Part shown: piece after piece, positions 45,461 through 55,213 of the stretch
Numbering within the stretch: the stretch's first letter is position 1
Layout of the letters: each line of letters opens with the position of its first letter
Sequence record: NC_070966.1
DNA: 64,000 nt
Reading direction: 5' to 3' (one strand)
The notes under the pieces: model-generated
What the model was told of the DNA's origin: nothing
The model's input: the letters and a program-made list of their open reading frames with translations, nothing else
The model's database searches: none
Translations under genes and position numbers: made by a program

Positions 45461-48400
45461 CCTAGAAACATCTGTTGGAACATAGATATACCAAGATCGT
45501 CGATAGAGTTCTTCGTGTCCTTAGCAGTGGATGTATTCATAGCAGTCTGAAGACTAGCTGGAGCAGCTGCAGCAGGAGCTTGAGATATATTAGGTGCAAC
45601 AGTAGGTGGTTGTATTCTGTTGACGTTAGGCATATCCATCTGAGGGACAACTGTAGTTCTCACTTTTCTAGGATCTGTACCTTGAGGAGTGAAATTAGGT
45701 CCGTTCAGATAAGCATCTGCTTCAGCATCAGTATACTTGTACTCAGGATTAACTCCTGCGAGACCTTGATCGATAAGTCTCTGAGACTCCTTCGATACGA
45801 TAGGTCCACCTTCGTTATTGTAGTTCCAGAATTTAGCACGATCGGTATGTTTATCCATATGGATACCACCACCGCTCATCTGCATTCCTACTCCACCATA
45901 ACCTGAAGCAATATATCCTTGACTTACTCTTGCATACTCTTCTTGAGAGATCTGCTTGCCATCAGGTCCGATAATCTTAAGGTCTGCAGCACCTCCATGG
46001 TCGTGACGAGTTGATCCTGTACGAGGACCTCCTTCTTCCTTACCATTTTGACCACCACTATATACCTCTACACGGTATCCTGGACCTAGAGTCTTGTAAA
46101 CACTTCTGGCAATATTTCTCTTCAGATCAGGTTCAATACCTTGCTTACGAATACCAGCTGTCTGACCTTGATTCTCTGAAACAATCTTATCTACACCTGC
46201 TGATCCTTGACCTGGACCAAAGTTAGGCATCATAAGGGACATTCCAGATCCAGGACTTGCACCTAATAAATTGAAATTAGGCTTACCAGAAGCTTGAGTA
46301 TCGTTAAGATACTGGCTACGTTTACCTATTTCACCTGAAGGATTCTGAGGTCTCTCAAACCCACTAATATGTGCAGACATTGCCTCTGCAGCAGTTGTGG
46401 CAGACATGATCTTAGCATTGGCTCTAGATTCAGATCCTAACATCTCTTGACGATAGTACTGTTGTTGAACACCAACGTCAGTCCAATCTTTTCCTTGAGA
46501 TGCAGCGAACTTCTTCAGATCAGTGAATCTCGTAGATCCATTTCTGGAACTATCGTGCCACTGAGCAGTACCACCTGATTCACCGTCAACGTCATTAGCA
46601 TTGTAAGCAGCAGAATTCAGACCAGATCCACTCTCGCCTCTCATCGAAGCGATTTCACCTCTAGCTTGTTCAGGAGTTCTTCCTAGTCCACCTTGAGATA
46701 CTGGTTTGGTTAAGAAATCATACCAACTCTTAACGTTGTCATTAGCGCCTGATCCACTGATACCTGGTTTAGACAAGTCTTGAGCAGATGCTCCTAACAT
46801 CTTGAAGTTACTACCAGATGATCCTGAGAATCCTGCAGATTGAGGCATATTGCTATTGGAGAAACTCCCTTTACCATCTCCGAGGAATCCGGAGTTGAAT
46901 AAGTTAGCTCTCTGTCTTTCAGCAGCGATCTGTTGAGGAGTCTTAGCTGAACGACCTGATCTTCTTGATCGACCTGATCCTCCACCACCTCCAAATCCTG
47001 CTGAACTTGATCCTCCTAATCCAGGGAGACCATCTGCAGGATTATAACTGATCCCCGATGCAGACACTCCTGCTCCAGGATAATTAGGTAGACCTGAATT
47101 GAAATTCAAGCGAGGATTAAGTTCCTTAGCTATCTTCTTAGCTAAGTCTTCTCTTTCCTTCTCTCTTTCTCTATTCAATTGACTTTCAGATTTACGAGAA
47201 TCTTCAAGTGATTTCTGACCGAGTCCAAGCCAGCTTCTAGGAGTACCTATATTATCGAGGATCCATTTATCCAGACCTTCAGCACTCTTACTGTTCTTCT
47301 CAATAAACTTCTGAAGTTCTTTAGGATCAGTAGGTATCTCATCTACAAGACTGTATGCTGTATAAGCTCCGATGAGTGGAACTGCTTTACCTAGGACCTT
47401 ACCAAGTACCGAAGACGATCCTTTGAAGATACCTCCAACAGATCCTCCTTTACCTTTCAGCCATCCTAAGAGTCCACCTCCACCAGCTGCTCCTCCACCG
47501 ATTCCGAGAGCATCCTTCCAATTCAATCCACCACCGTCAGCAATACCTGCTAACATACCTAGTAGACCTTTGGATGCTTTCTTTTCACGAAGACTATCTG
47601 AGATGTTGTCTCTATTAATAGCCTCACTGATTTCAGAGATAGACTTCTCTTCAAGACGAATCTGCGTCATTTGATTGTTGATCATCTTAGTCTGAGTAAC
47701 CTCAGATTCTTTAAGTTGATCAATAACAGTCTTGTTAGACTTAGCTAGACTCTGAATTCCTGTCTTGATTTCTTCAAGATTTTCAGAGTCATCTTCTTGA
47801 CGCTTCTCATCTGCAGCACTAGACTCTTTATCCACACTCGCGAACTTATTCAGATAGTCTTTCTTAGAATATCTGCCTCGGAGTTTACTGAGTCCTACTT
47901 TAGTAACACCAGATAGTCGATCCGATATTCCAAGAATATCATCGATACCGTGAAGTCCTAGTGAGCCAAAACCTACTCCATAGATGTCCTTAATGAGATC
48001 GTCTGGATTGAATCGACCAGGATTTTTCAGGAATGCATCTTTAAATTTCTCGCTACCGACTTTTCGATTATCGAGATTGACACGTTCTCTGTGAGAGTAG
48101 AGTGACAAGTCAGAGGATCTTTTCAGATCCATGACACTGATCTTCTTTGCTTGCTGTTCTAATTTCTTGATGGCTGCATCAAGATTCTGATTGGAACGAT
48201 CTTGATCATATATACTATATGATCCTGAGACTCCACTTTTAGACAGAACTTTATTAAGTTCTCTAACAGCTTTCTTCTTAATGTCACTTGAGTAATGCTT
48301 TGTACTCAAGAGTGCACGGTAGTTATTAATCACGTCTTGAACGTTGACGTAGACCATAAGATCTGACGCTTCAGCATCCTTAACGAGATCTGCTACACGT

Positions 48401-48669
48401 GAACGTAATTTACGAATAGAGATAGCGTCTGAACGATCAAGATCTCTTTTATGCTTATAGATCTTCTCGTTCAGACGTGCTAGTTCATTGAAATCAGATT
48501 GACTTAATCTACGATTAGTCTCAGCGTCGAATTTACGAAGATTATTCATCGTCATCTTAAATTCGACGAGTTCTTCTTCGACCTCAAGTCTCAGTTTTCT
48601 GAGTTCTTTATCTGAGATTTTAGATCCATTATCTCTGTCGGGATGAGATCCCTCGCGGGTCGTTACCAT
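45457..48669 (-). CDS. Tape measure protein with tail-lysozyme and M15-like peptidase domains
   Basis: Helical N-terminus; MRGESG..GTAQWH..R (tail lysozyme); STRHDHGGAAD...GIHMD (M15 zinc peptidase). Confidence 0.8.
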   Translation of the reverse strand: MVTTREGSHPDRDNGSKISDKELRKLRLEVEEELVEFKMTMNNLRKFDAETNRRLSQSDFNELARLNEKIYKHKRDLDRSDAISIRKLRSRVADLVKDAEASDLMVYVNVQDVINNYRALLSTKHYSSDIKKKAVRELNKVLSKSGVSGSYSIYDQDRSNQNLDAAIKKLEQQAKKISVMDLKRSSDLSLYSHRERVNLDNRKVGSEKFKDAFLKNPGRFNPDDLIKDIYGVGFGSLGLHGIDDILGISDRLSGVTKVGLSKLRGRYSKKDYLNKFASVDKESSAADEKRQEDDSENLEEIKTGIQSLAKSNKTVIDQLKESEVTQTKMINNQMTQIRLEEKSISEISEAINRDNISDSLREKKASKGLLGMLAGIADGGGLNWKDALGIGGGAAGGGGLLGWLKGKGGSVGGIFKGSSSVLGKVLGKAVPLIGAYTAYSLVDEIPTDPKELQKFIEKNSKSAEGLDKWILDNIGTPRSWLGLGQKSLEDSRKSESQLNREREKEREDLAKKIAKELNPRLNFNSGLPNYPGAGVSASGISYNPADGLPGLGGSSSAGFGGGGGSGRSRRSGRSAKTPQQIAAERQRANLFNSGFLGDGKGSFSNSNMPQSAGFSGSSGSNFKMLGASAQDLSKPGISGSGANDNVKSWYDFLTKPVSQGGLGRTPEQARGEIASMRGESGSGLNSAAYNANDVDGESGGTAQWHDSSRNGSTRFTDLKKFAASQGKDWTDVGVQQQYYRQEMLGSESRANAKIMSATTAAEAMSAHISGFERPQNPSGEIGKRSQYLNDTQASGKPNFNLLGASPGSGMSLMMPNFGPGQGSAGVDKIVSENQGQTAGIRKQGIEPDLKRNIARSVYKTLGPGYRVEVYSGGQNGKEEGGPRTGSTRHDHGGAADLKIIGPDGKQISQEEYARVSQGYIASGYGGVGMQMSGGGIHMDKHTDRAKFWNYNNEGGPIVSKESQRLIDQGLAGVNPEYKYTDAEADAYLNGPNFTPQGTDPRKVRTTVVPQMDMPNVNRIQPPTVAPNISQAPAAAAPASLQTAMNTSTAKDTKNSIDDLGISMFQQMFLG

Positions 48670-48805
48670 TCTTCATCTCCTCTTGGAGTCTCTCGTAGAT
48701 GTAGGTAGCTTCCACATAGTCAAGGGATTTCAGACTCATAGGATCAGCGTTCAGGTAGAATGCCAAACCGAACGACATTTCTAACAGACTCTGCGGATTG
48801 ACGAA
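48629..48805 (-). CDS. Putative +1 frameshift extension of the tail assembly chaperone
   Basis: Open +1 frame from the CCC TTT CGT site (48809-48801): FVNPQSLLEMSFGLAFYLNADPMSLKSLDYVEATYIYERLQEEMKNGNDPRGISSRQR*. Confidence 0.65.
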   Translation of the reverse strand, partial: FVNPQSLLEMSFGLAFYLNADPMSLKSLDYVEATYIYERLQEEMKNGNDPRGISSRQR

Positions 48806-49529
48806 AGGGAAATATCAAATCATTGATATCCTCCATCGCCAAATGGTTATCCGCACCACAATGACTACATTTAGTTTCAATTGACTGTCTGCCAAGATAC
48901 ATCATCTTGTCTACGTAATTGAGCATATCAAGAAGATCGCCAGTAGCGTTCTCGATAATGCCCTTTGCTGTACTATAAGGCAGGTTACTTACAGATCTCG
49001 CGAAAATCTCGAGACCTTTATCCTCGTCTTCATCTTCATCAAAGTCGATCTTTAAGTAATTACCGACTGAGAGTGGCATAATGTGTAAATCAATGTCATC
49101 TCCGACAGGGATCACAGCAGGAAGTGCTGGAACTTGAATATCGGAGAATTCAATATTTGACAATTCATGTGTTTGAGAATTTGATTCCTCGCACGAATTG
49201 CATCTAAATCTGCTGGTAAACTTAGTATGGGAGAATGAAGAGATCTTTCTCAGAGATGAGACATAGAGAAAATCGTAATACGACAGATCGTTCTTATCGA
49301 ATCCCTCTGTAGTAATGCCGTCCAGTACGAATAGGAATCGATCTCGTAAGCTCAATTTGGATGAGCTGAACTTCTGAAGTTCACCGTAAGTGAATGGAAC
49401 ATACTTAACGGTCGAGCCCTTCGGGTATGGAAGGAACTTGGATGGCAGATCTCTTACTTGAATAATAGGTAGATGTGACTTATCAGATGCTGCTTTAGTT
49501 AAGTCAGCTAAATTGTCTATGACTTTCAT
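48744..49529 (-). CDS. Tail assembly chaperone / baseplate hub assembly protein (T4 gp26-like)
   Basis: LPSKFLPY..PFTYGE; two CxxC pairs; lies between the tube genes and the tape measure. Confidence 0.7.
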   Translation of the reverse strand: MKVIDNLADLTKAASDKSHLPIIQVRDLPSKFLPYPKGSTVKYVPFTYGELQKFSSSKLSLRDRFLFVLDGITTEGFDKNDLSYYDFLYVSSLRKISSFSHTKFTSRFRCNSCEESNSQTHELSNIEFSDIQVPALPAVIPVGDDIDLHIMPLSVGNYLKIDFDEDEDEDKGLEIFARSVSNLPYSTAKGIIENATGDLLDMLNYVDKMMYLGRQSIETKCSHCGADNHLAMEDINDLIFPFRQSAESVRNVVRFGILPER

Positions 49530-49554
49530 TTCTGTTTATCCTCTAGAAATAGCG

Positions 49555-50040
49555 TTAGCTATCTTGATGCCCTACAACGTTGAATGCAACAGAGTAGAGC
49601 TTTAAATCTGCTTGTGAGTTCAAAGATTCCTGAACATTACCATCTGGGTAAGCAAAGTATGTAGTTGACTTAATGATATTCTTCTTAGTATCCAACTTAC
49701 ACACGATAATCTCTCTGGCAGCATCATCAATGCACATAACGCCATCAGAGTCGTCGTAGATTTCATCGTGCCATGCTTGTAACCATGTTGATAATGATTT
49801 CTTAACACTATCTGCAAATGTCATCTGAAGTTCAGGAGTCGAACTATTTTGAGGAAATTTGTACTGCTTGAGAAAGAATGGAGTAGTGAATGAAGAACTA
49901 AAGATTCTATTCTCAGTAATATCAACTGCAGGAAACCATGCGTTGAAAGGTGATGGTGCAGAGGGAATACGAATATCCCATAGGTTAGTCGTACCCCACT
50001 GCACTTCACGTAGTTGATCAATGGACTTGAGGAATGGCAT
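49555..50040 (-). CDS. Tail tube-like protein (second tube paralogue)
   Basis: WGTTNLWDI parallels WATTVNWNL of the tube protein; YKFP..LQMTF..W. Confidence 0.65.
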   Translation of the reverse strand: MPFLKSIDQLREVQWGTTNLWDIRIPSAPSPFNAWFPAVDITENRIFSSSFTTPFFLKQYKFPQNSSTPELQMTFADSVKKSLSTWLQAWHDEIYDDSDGVMCIDDAAREIIVCKLDTKKNIIKSTTYFAYPDGNVQESLNSQADLKLYSVAFNVVGHQDS

Positions 50041-50072
50041 TGGATAATCTCCTTATGACATTCCTCGTCGCA

Positions 50073-50600
50073 TTATAGAGGAGTGTCTTCAAAGTAATCA
50101 TACGAGATAGTGAGCGTAGGCTTCAGGATGTCCGCAGACTGACCCTGAAGCTGACCACCAGCATCGTAATCTTCTAGATAACAACCAAGTAGGTTGTACT
50201 CCCAGATGGGAACGTCTCTACGGTTGAGACGTTCGATCTTAATCATGCATTCAACTTGAGACTTCTCTTGCTGAACACCTGTCTTCGTTTCAGAGCAGAT
50301 TTCTCTCCAGTTACGAATGAACGTAGAGATCTTGTTATCGACCGATTCGTTCATTGTAAGAGTAATCGTACCAGACGGTAGATAGAGACCTGGCTGCTTA
50401 ACACGATGACCACGGATCATAATTTCAGTTGATGTACCTGTCGACTTAGGAATGTCGGTTGATTCACAACGTAGGTTCAGATCCTGAAAGGTTACAGTTC
50501 TAGCTAGAGCTCTTGGAAACGTGACGAATGTCAAGTTCCAGTTAACTGTAGTAGCCCAGTCACCTACATTTCTAACATTTTCAATAGTTGGACGAGCCAT
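50073..50600 (-). CDS. Tail tube protein (gp19-like)
   Basis: CESTDIP..IRGHRVKQPG..TITLT..W..YNLLGC..YD. Confidence 0.85.
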   Translation of the reverse strand: MARPTIENVRNVGDWATTVNWNLTFVTFPRALARTVTFQDLNLRCESTDIPKSTGTSTEIMIRGHRVKQPGLYLPSGTITLTMNESVDNKISTFIRNWREICSETKTGVQQEKSQVECMIKIERLNRRDVPIWEYNLLGCYLEDYDAGGQLQGQSADILKPTLTISYDYFEDTPL

Positions 50601-50614
50601 CTTATATTATCTCC

Positions 50615-52444
50615 TTAAACTGCTGCCTGAGCAAGCTTAAATTCAGTACCCTTACGAGTAACGATAAGCGAGCATGGGATTTCTTCAACAGATTCAACAG
50701 GCTTAATAAAGACGTCAACAATTAGCTTGTGATTACTAATATCATCGTCGCTATTGTTATCGGTATCGCACTGTACTCTGTACTCATAGATACCTCTTCT
50801 CGAGACGTACGATTCGAGTGCAGCAGATACCATTGATCTGACGAGAGATCTTGTAGTATCGTCGTTGACTTCGAATAGGAATTCTTCGAGAGCTTCCTTG
50901 AGAGAAGGCTCGATTGAGATGAGAAGTAGTCTTGTATTGAGACGATCCAGAGTCGAAGGAGTAGCAAGAAGTGTCTTCTGCCCCCATACAACGATACCTC
51001 TACCAGGAGCGAATCTGAGAGGATTGATACCGTTATCGTACAGGTAGTCCATCTCACCCTTGGTGAATCTGCGACGAACATCGATAACGTTTAGAACACC
51101 TCTACGGAAACCAGCAACTGGGAACCATAGTTCATAGTTGTCTGCAGTTTCAGATACGAGACCTGCTACGAAACCGTCTGGAGAGACATAAAGATCACGG
51201 TCGTTGTAACGATCGTAAATCTTGACGTGAGTCGTATAAATTGCAGCATATGATGAATTAGCATTCAGAGTGTAATTCTTGTATGCAACGATCTGATTCA
51301 GATAGTCACTATCATCTTCTGCAGAATAAGGTGTTGAGAGAATAGCTACACAATCCATTCTGGCTGTGCAGATATCAATCATTGCCTTATGATAGTTGAC
51401 AGTAGCACGACCACCGTCAATCAGAAGAGTCATCGGATTGCTGTCAGGATTAGCTAGAGTCTGGAGAGCCAGAATACAATCACTGTCAGTTGCAGCAGAA
51501 CCATCAGCACCACCTACAATTGCTAGTGCAACAGCTTGATCCTTGATCGCTCCAGTAACAGAAGGATTATCTACTGCTCTAATATAATTGGATGATGCTA
51601 GAACATCTTCCAGATAGATATTATTGTTGTAGCCATCCTTGGTACCAGGAGTCTTCGAGCAGATGAAGGATTCAACATACGTATTCATATTGTCTTTCTT
51701 GAAGACCTGAATAGCGAATGTACCTGTCTGTCTTGTGAACTCGGTGGCTGGACGAATCGAGAAAGTACCACTACCTGCAGTTGTTAATACGATTGCAGTA
51801 CCAGCTACAGCTAGGTCTGCAGAAGCAGCAAGCTTAATAGTGGTAGCAGATACTCTGATTGCAAAGTAAGTCGTAGCTGAATCAAGAGGAGCAGGAAGCG
51901 TTGCTGTAGAACTTAATCTAACAGGATATCCTGTACCCCAGTCTTGTGTTACTGTCCAGATACCTGTACCTTGAACAACTGTCGCAGTTTCAAGAGCTTT
52001 GTAATTAAAGATTTTGATACGTAGATCGTTGTTCCATGCTCCAGGGTTAGAACCTACAATCGTGAACGATTCAGTGCTAAAAGAGTGAGCATCAACATCG
52101 ACTTCACCAGCTGAGAATGAAGAGTTAGCCGTAGCATTAGATGCTGGCTCGACCTTCAGACCACCAGTCAACATGCCTGTAGTGCTAGGTCTAACTGTCC
52201 AGACTTTATTACTCTTCTGGAGAGCAGCTAGAACTGAATAGTGAGCATTGTCAAAACCTACTCCAACAGTCTCGTTAGGAGTAAACGTCTTTAGAAATTG
52301 AGTATCAGAAGTACTTAGGACTGCCTTATTAACAGGACCCTTCTTAGCTCCAGGAACAACTACACCGATGTACAGTCCAGGGAAACTAGGAACTCTAGTA
52401 CTTATATCAATTTCTTTAATTTGTGCATAAGGAGCTGCCATCAT
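50615..52444 (-). CDS. Tail sheath protein (gp18-like)
   Basis: SNPGAWNNDL; WFPVAGFRRG; LYDNGINP; WGQKTL; DRLNTRLL; FEVND. Confidence 0.95.
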   Translation of the reverse strand: MMAAPYAQIKEIDISTRVPSFPGLYIGVVVPGAKKGPVNKAVLSTSDTQFLKTFTPNETVGVGFDNAHYSVLAALQKSNKVWTVRPSTTGMLTGGLKVEPASNATANSSFSAGEVDVDAHSFSTESFTIVGSNPGAWNNDLRIKIFNYKALETATVVQGTGIWTVTQDWGTGYPVRLSSTATLPAPLDSATTYFAIRVSATTIKLAASADLAVAGTAIVLTTAGSGTFSIRPATEFTRQTGTFAIQVFKKDNMNTYVESFICSKTPGTKDGYNNNIYLEDVLASSNYIRAVDNPSVTGAIKDQAVALAIVGGADGSAATDSDCILALQTLANPDSNPMTLLIDGGRATVNYHKAMIDICTARMDCVAILSTPYSAEDDSDYLNQIVAYKNYTLNANSSYAAIYTTHVKIYDRYNDRDLYVSPDGFVAGLVSETADNYELWFPVAGFRRGVLNVIDVRRRFTKGEMDYLYDNGINPLRFAPGRGIVVWGQKTLLATPSTLDRLNTRLLLISIEPSLKEALEEFLFEVNDDTTRSLVRSMVSAALESYVSRRGIYEYRVQCDTDNNSDDDISNHKLIVDVFIKPVESVEEIPCSLIVTRKGTEFKLAQAAV

Positions 52445-52461
52445 TATCTCCGTTGGTATAC

Positions 52462-52656
52462 TTAGAAGCGTACGAAGCTAATGGCGCTAGGTAGCTCTTC
52501 TTCAATCAACTCTTCGGTCAAATCTAAGGCATTCCCTCTTGCAGGAATGAAAATATTAGTAGAGTCGTACTTAAGTGTAATAGGGTAGTCTGCTCTAGAA
52601 TAGAGGTTGATCTTAGTCAACTTCTTGTCTAGAGATGATTCATTCTTATCAGCCAT
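52462..52656 (-). CDS. Hypothetical protein
   Basis: Short ORF in the neck/tail operon. Confidence 0.55.
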   Translation of the reverse strand: MADKNESSLDKKLTKINLYSRADYPITLKYDSTNIFIPARGNALDLTEELIEEELPSAISFVRF

Positions 52657-52657
52657 T

Positions 52658-53293
52658 TTAACCTCTGATGATATCGTTACTTAGCAATTCACTTTCAGAA
52701 GTGTATATATTGCTACGGATTTCGTTAATGAGAGGAGTGTCACCTATGAACGAGAGGAAGCGACCTCGAATAGTACAAGACCCTGTTAGAGACTTGTATG
52801 CCGTACCGTCCATATTAAGAACCATATCTTCCAATGGATAATTCCATGTAATATAATATGGCCATACTCCGTATTCACCTACATCGACGTCAAGCTGAAT
52901 ATTCTCGTTGAGAGATTCTTGAGAACAATACATAATCTCGAATCTTTCAATTTCTGCCATATCCTTAGATACGTATAGAAATCTAAAATCAAAGTTACAG
53001 TCTGCTATTCTCAATGACTTAGCGTCATCTGTAGTACCGATACGATTATATGCTAGTCTTTGAGTTCGACTACCTAACTGTTCATTTCGTAAAACAGATC
53101 TATTATATGCAAGAAGAGGTAGAGTCTTTCTCTCACTATCTTTCTCGTTATAATTCTTGTCCATTCTTGATAGTGATGCACTTCTTGAGAAAGTTAATTC
53201 AGGATCATATACAGAGTGCTTAATTCCGTACTCATCCATGAATTTAGTTTTCAATGCTTTCACAACCATTGCTACAGTACTAACAACTTCCAT
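52658..53293 (-). CDS. Tail terminator / neck protein
   Basis: Position before the sheath; LPLLAYNRS. Confidence 0.5.
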   Translation of the reverse strand: MEVVSTVAMVVKALKTKFMDEYGIKHSVYDPELTFSRSASLSRMDKNYNEKDSERKTLPLLAYNRSVLRNEQLGSRTQRLAYNRIGTTDDAKSLRIADCNFDFRFLYVSKDMAEIERFEIMYCSQESLNENIQLDVDVGEYGVWPYYITWNYPLEDMVLNMDGTAYKSLTGSCTIRGRFLSFIGDTPLINEIRSNIYTSESELLSNDIIRG

Positions 53294-53715
53294 CAGTCTG
53301 ATTCTCCTAGATTTGTCAACTTAAATCTTTTGAGGATTTTAGTCGTGATACCTAGAATCTCAGTACCTAGTACTTGGAAAGTTATCTTCTCACCATCTTC
53401 TCTTGTCAACGATACGAGATCGCCGTCAATAATATCGTACATACAGTACATATACCCGATATCGTCGAACCACCCTCCTTCGTATGAAGTAGCAATTCGC
53501 CATTGAGACGTACTCATCAGAATTTTAGTCGTACTTAGAACGTCGACATCCGATGTACCCGCATGAGTACCGTAAACATCATCTTCGAGTCTTGGAATCT
53601 TTCGAGAGATCTCGCAATCGATACCTTGAATCGCAATCAGCATAGGAAAGTGAGCTTGATAATAAATCCTAGAGAGCTTCTCTGAAGATTTAAACATCTG
53701 GATAGGGTCAGACAT
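53293..53715 (-). CDS. Head completion / neck protein
   Basis: Synteny; DDVYG motif as in gp14-like proteins. Confidence 0.5.
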   Translation of the reverse strand: MSDPIQMFKSSEKLSRIYYQAHFPMLIAIQGIDCEISRKIPRLEDDVYGTHAGTSDVDVLSTTKILMSTSQWRIATSYEGGWFDDIGYMYCMYDIIDGDLVSLTREDGEKITFQVLGTEILGITTKILKRFKLTNLGESD

Positions 53716-53716
53716 C

Positions 53717-54364
53717 TTATCCTCCTATCGCATAATACCATGAATTTGTATCTGAGATAGACTGTTCGATTTCGGAAACGATTTGTTGACCTTCAGAGAT
53801 GAGCTCATTTGAGTCCATCTGGATAGGGAAATCTTGAGATGTGAATGCTCTTCTAGATCTGCCGAGAGATAGTAGAAAATTGCCCTTGATATGAGTGAGG
53901 AGTTTATACTCAGACTCATCCAAATCAGGAATATCAACGTCTACAATCTTCTTATCGTCTACCGTATCAAATTCAATCGTGAATTTATACTTGAAGTGAG
54001 CTGTAATCTCAACTTCAGAAGCATTAGCGACATGAAGTTTACCTTCATCCTCGTTGTACTGAAATACTACAGGTATCAATTCTAAGTTAGCACCTATATT
54101 AAAGATACCAAAGTTAGCAGGGATACCTGTAGGATAGACTCTAGAAATCCAGGAAGGCTTCTCGTCGGGAGGGAATACATAAGGCGTAGAAGGAATATAA
54201 CGATATAACTTCTTCGTAATAGGCTTATGCTTTTCGTAATACTTTAGACTACGCTTTACAATAAGCCAGAATCTATTCATATCGAAGTTGATAAGACTGA
54301 TATCACCGACGATGAATTGTCCTGTTTCAAGTAACATATAGTCAATTATCTCGGTGAGTTTCAT
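53717..54364 (-). CDS. Head-tail adaptor / neck protein (gp13-like)
   Basis: Synteny; LGRSRRAF..PIQMDSNELISEG resembles neck proteins. Confidence 0.55.
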   Translation of the reverse strand: MKLTEIIDYMLLETGQFIVGDISLINFDMNRFWLIVKRSLKYYEKHKPITKKLYRYIPSTPYVFPPDEKPSWISRVYPTGIPANFGIFNIGANLELIPVVFQYNEDEGKLHVANASEVEITAHFKYKFTIEFDTVDDKKIVDVDIPDLDESEYKLLTHIKGNFLLSLGRSRRAFTSQDFPIQMDSNELISEGQQIVSEIEQSISDTNSWYYAIGG

Positions 54365-54366
54365 TA

Positions 54367-54684
54367 TCAGTCATCCTCGTCGTCTGAATCAACTTCTTCA
54401 GTGTAGGATACGCCAGCATCATCGAGCTTAGACTTCAGAGTTTCATAGAAGCTCTGAGCATCTTCAACACTCATCTTGACAACGCAGTCATAGATTCCAA
54501 GTTCTCCTGTATCGTCAACAGAAGCTAGCTGATCAGCTACCCAGTCTTCAATCTCTTCAGGAGCATCTTCCATTGAATCAACAATATTCTCGCATGCGAT
54601 AGCGATCGCATCCAGTGTATCTTCATCATCTTCAACGATGGCATTAGGATACACCTTGTTAAGTAGTTCACTAGAACGCGACAT
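54367..54684 (-). CDS. Acidic protein with MSRS leader, probable internal head / core protein
   Basis: GGAG then ATG at 54684: MSRSSELLNKVYPNAIVE; very Asp/Glu-rich. Confidence 0.6.
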   Translation of the reverse strand: MSRSSELLNKVYPNAIVEDDEDTLDAIAIACENIVDSMEDAPEEIEDWVADQLASVDDTGELGIYDCVVKMSVEDAQSFYETLKSKLDDAGVSYTEEVDSDDEDD

Positions 54685-54696
54685 TCTAATCTCCAA

Positions 54697-55203
54697 TTAC
54701 TTCAAAATCTTCATCTGAACAAGTCTGCCTGTAAGCGTCATAAGATGCTTACACATACCAGGAGCATGTTCTTTATTACGTTCAGGGTAATTCGTAGTTT
54801 TACGTACGTATGGCTTCATTGGAGGACCTGACAATGTCTTGTTCTCCTTATTCCAGTATCCCCATGTATAATAAAAGTCGTCGCAAGTACAACGTACCTG
54901 AGCACGAGCTTTTCTCATATCAATCTGCTTAGCGAACTTATATTCACCATCACCTAAACTGACAGTCAATGGAAATTCAGCTGATTGCATATCTGAATAC
55001 TGAACATCGAAGATCGTCATCGTCAACGAGTACAGCTTAGTGCTCTGAGCGAGAGCTTTGACAGACAGTGTCTTGTTATTGATGACAGGTGTCATGTCGA
55101 CGATCGAGACTTTTCTCTTATCGCCAGTAGCATGACCAAGTACATCCTTACCTTTAGTCAACTCAAACAGAGTAGCTTGAATTTTAGGAGTCTTATCTGC
55201 CAT
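54697..55203 (-). CDS. SWIM-type zinc-finger protein
   Basis: RCTCDDF...MCKH. Confidence 0.7.
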   Translation of the reverse strand: MADKTPKIQATLFELTKGKDVLGHATGDKRKVSIVDMTPVINNKTLSVKALAQSTKLYSLTMTIFDVQYSDMQSAEFPLTVSLGDGEYKFAKQIDMRKARAQVRCTCDDFYYTWGYWNKENKTLSGPPMKPYVRKTTNYPERNKEHAPGMCKHLMTLTGRLVQMKILK

Positions 55204-55213
55204 CTACGAGACC

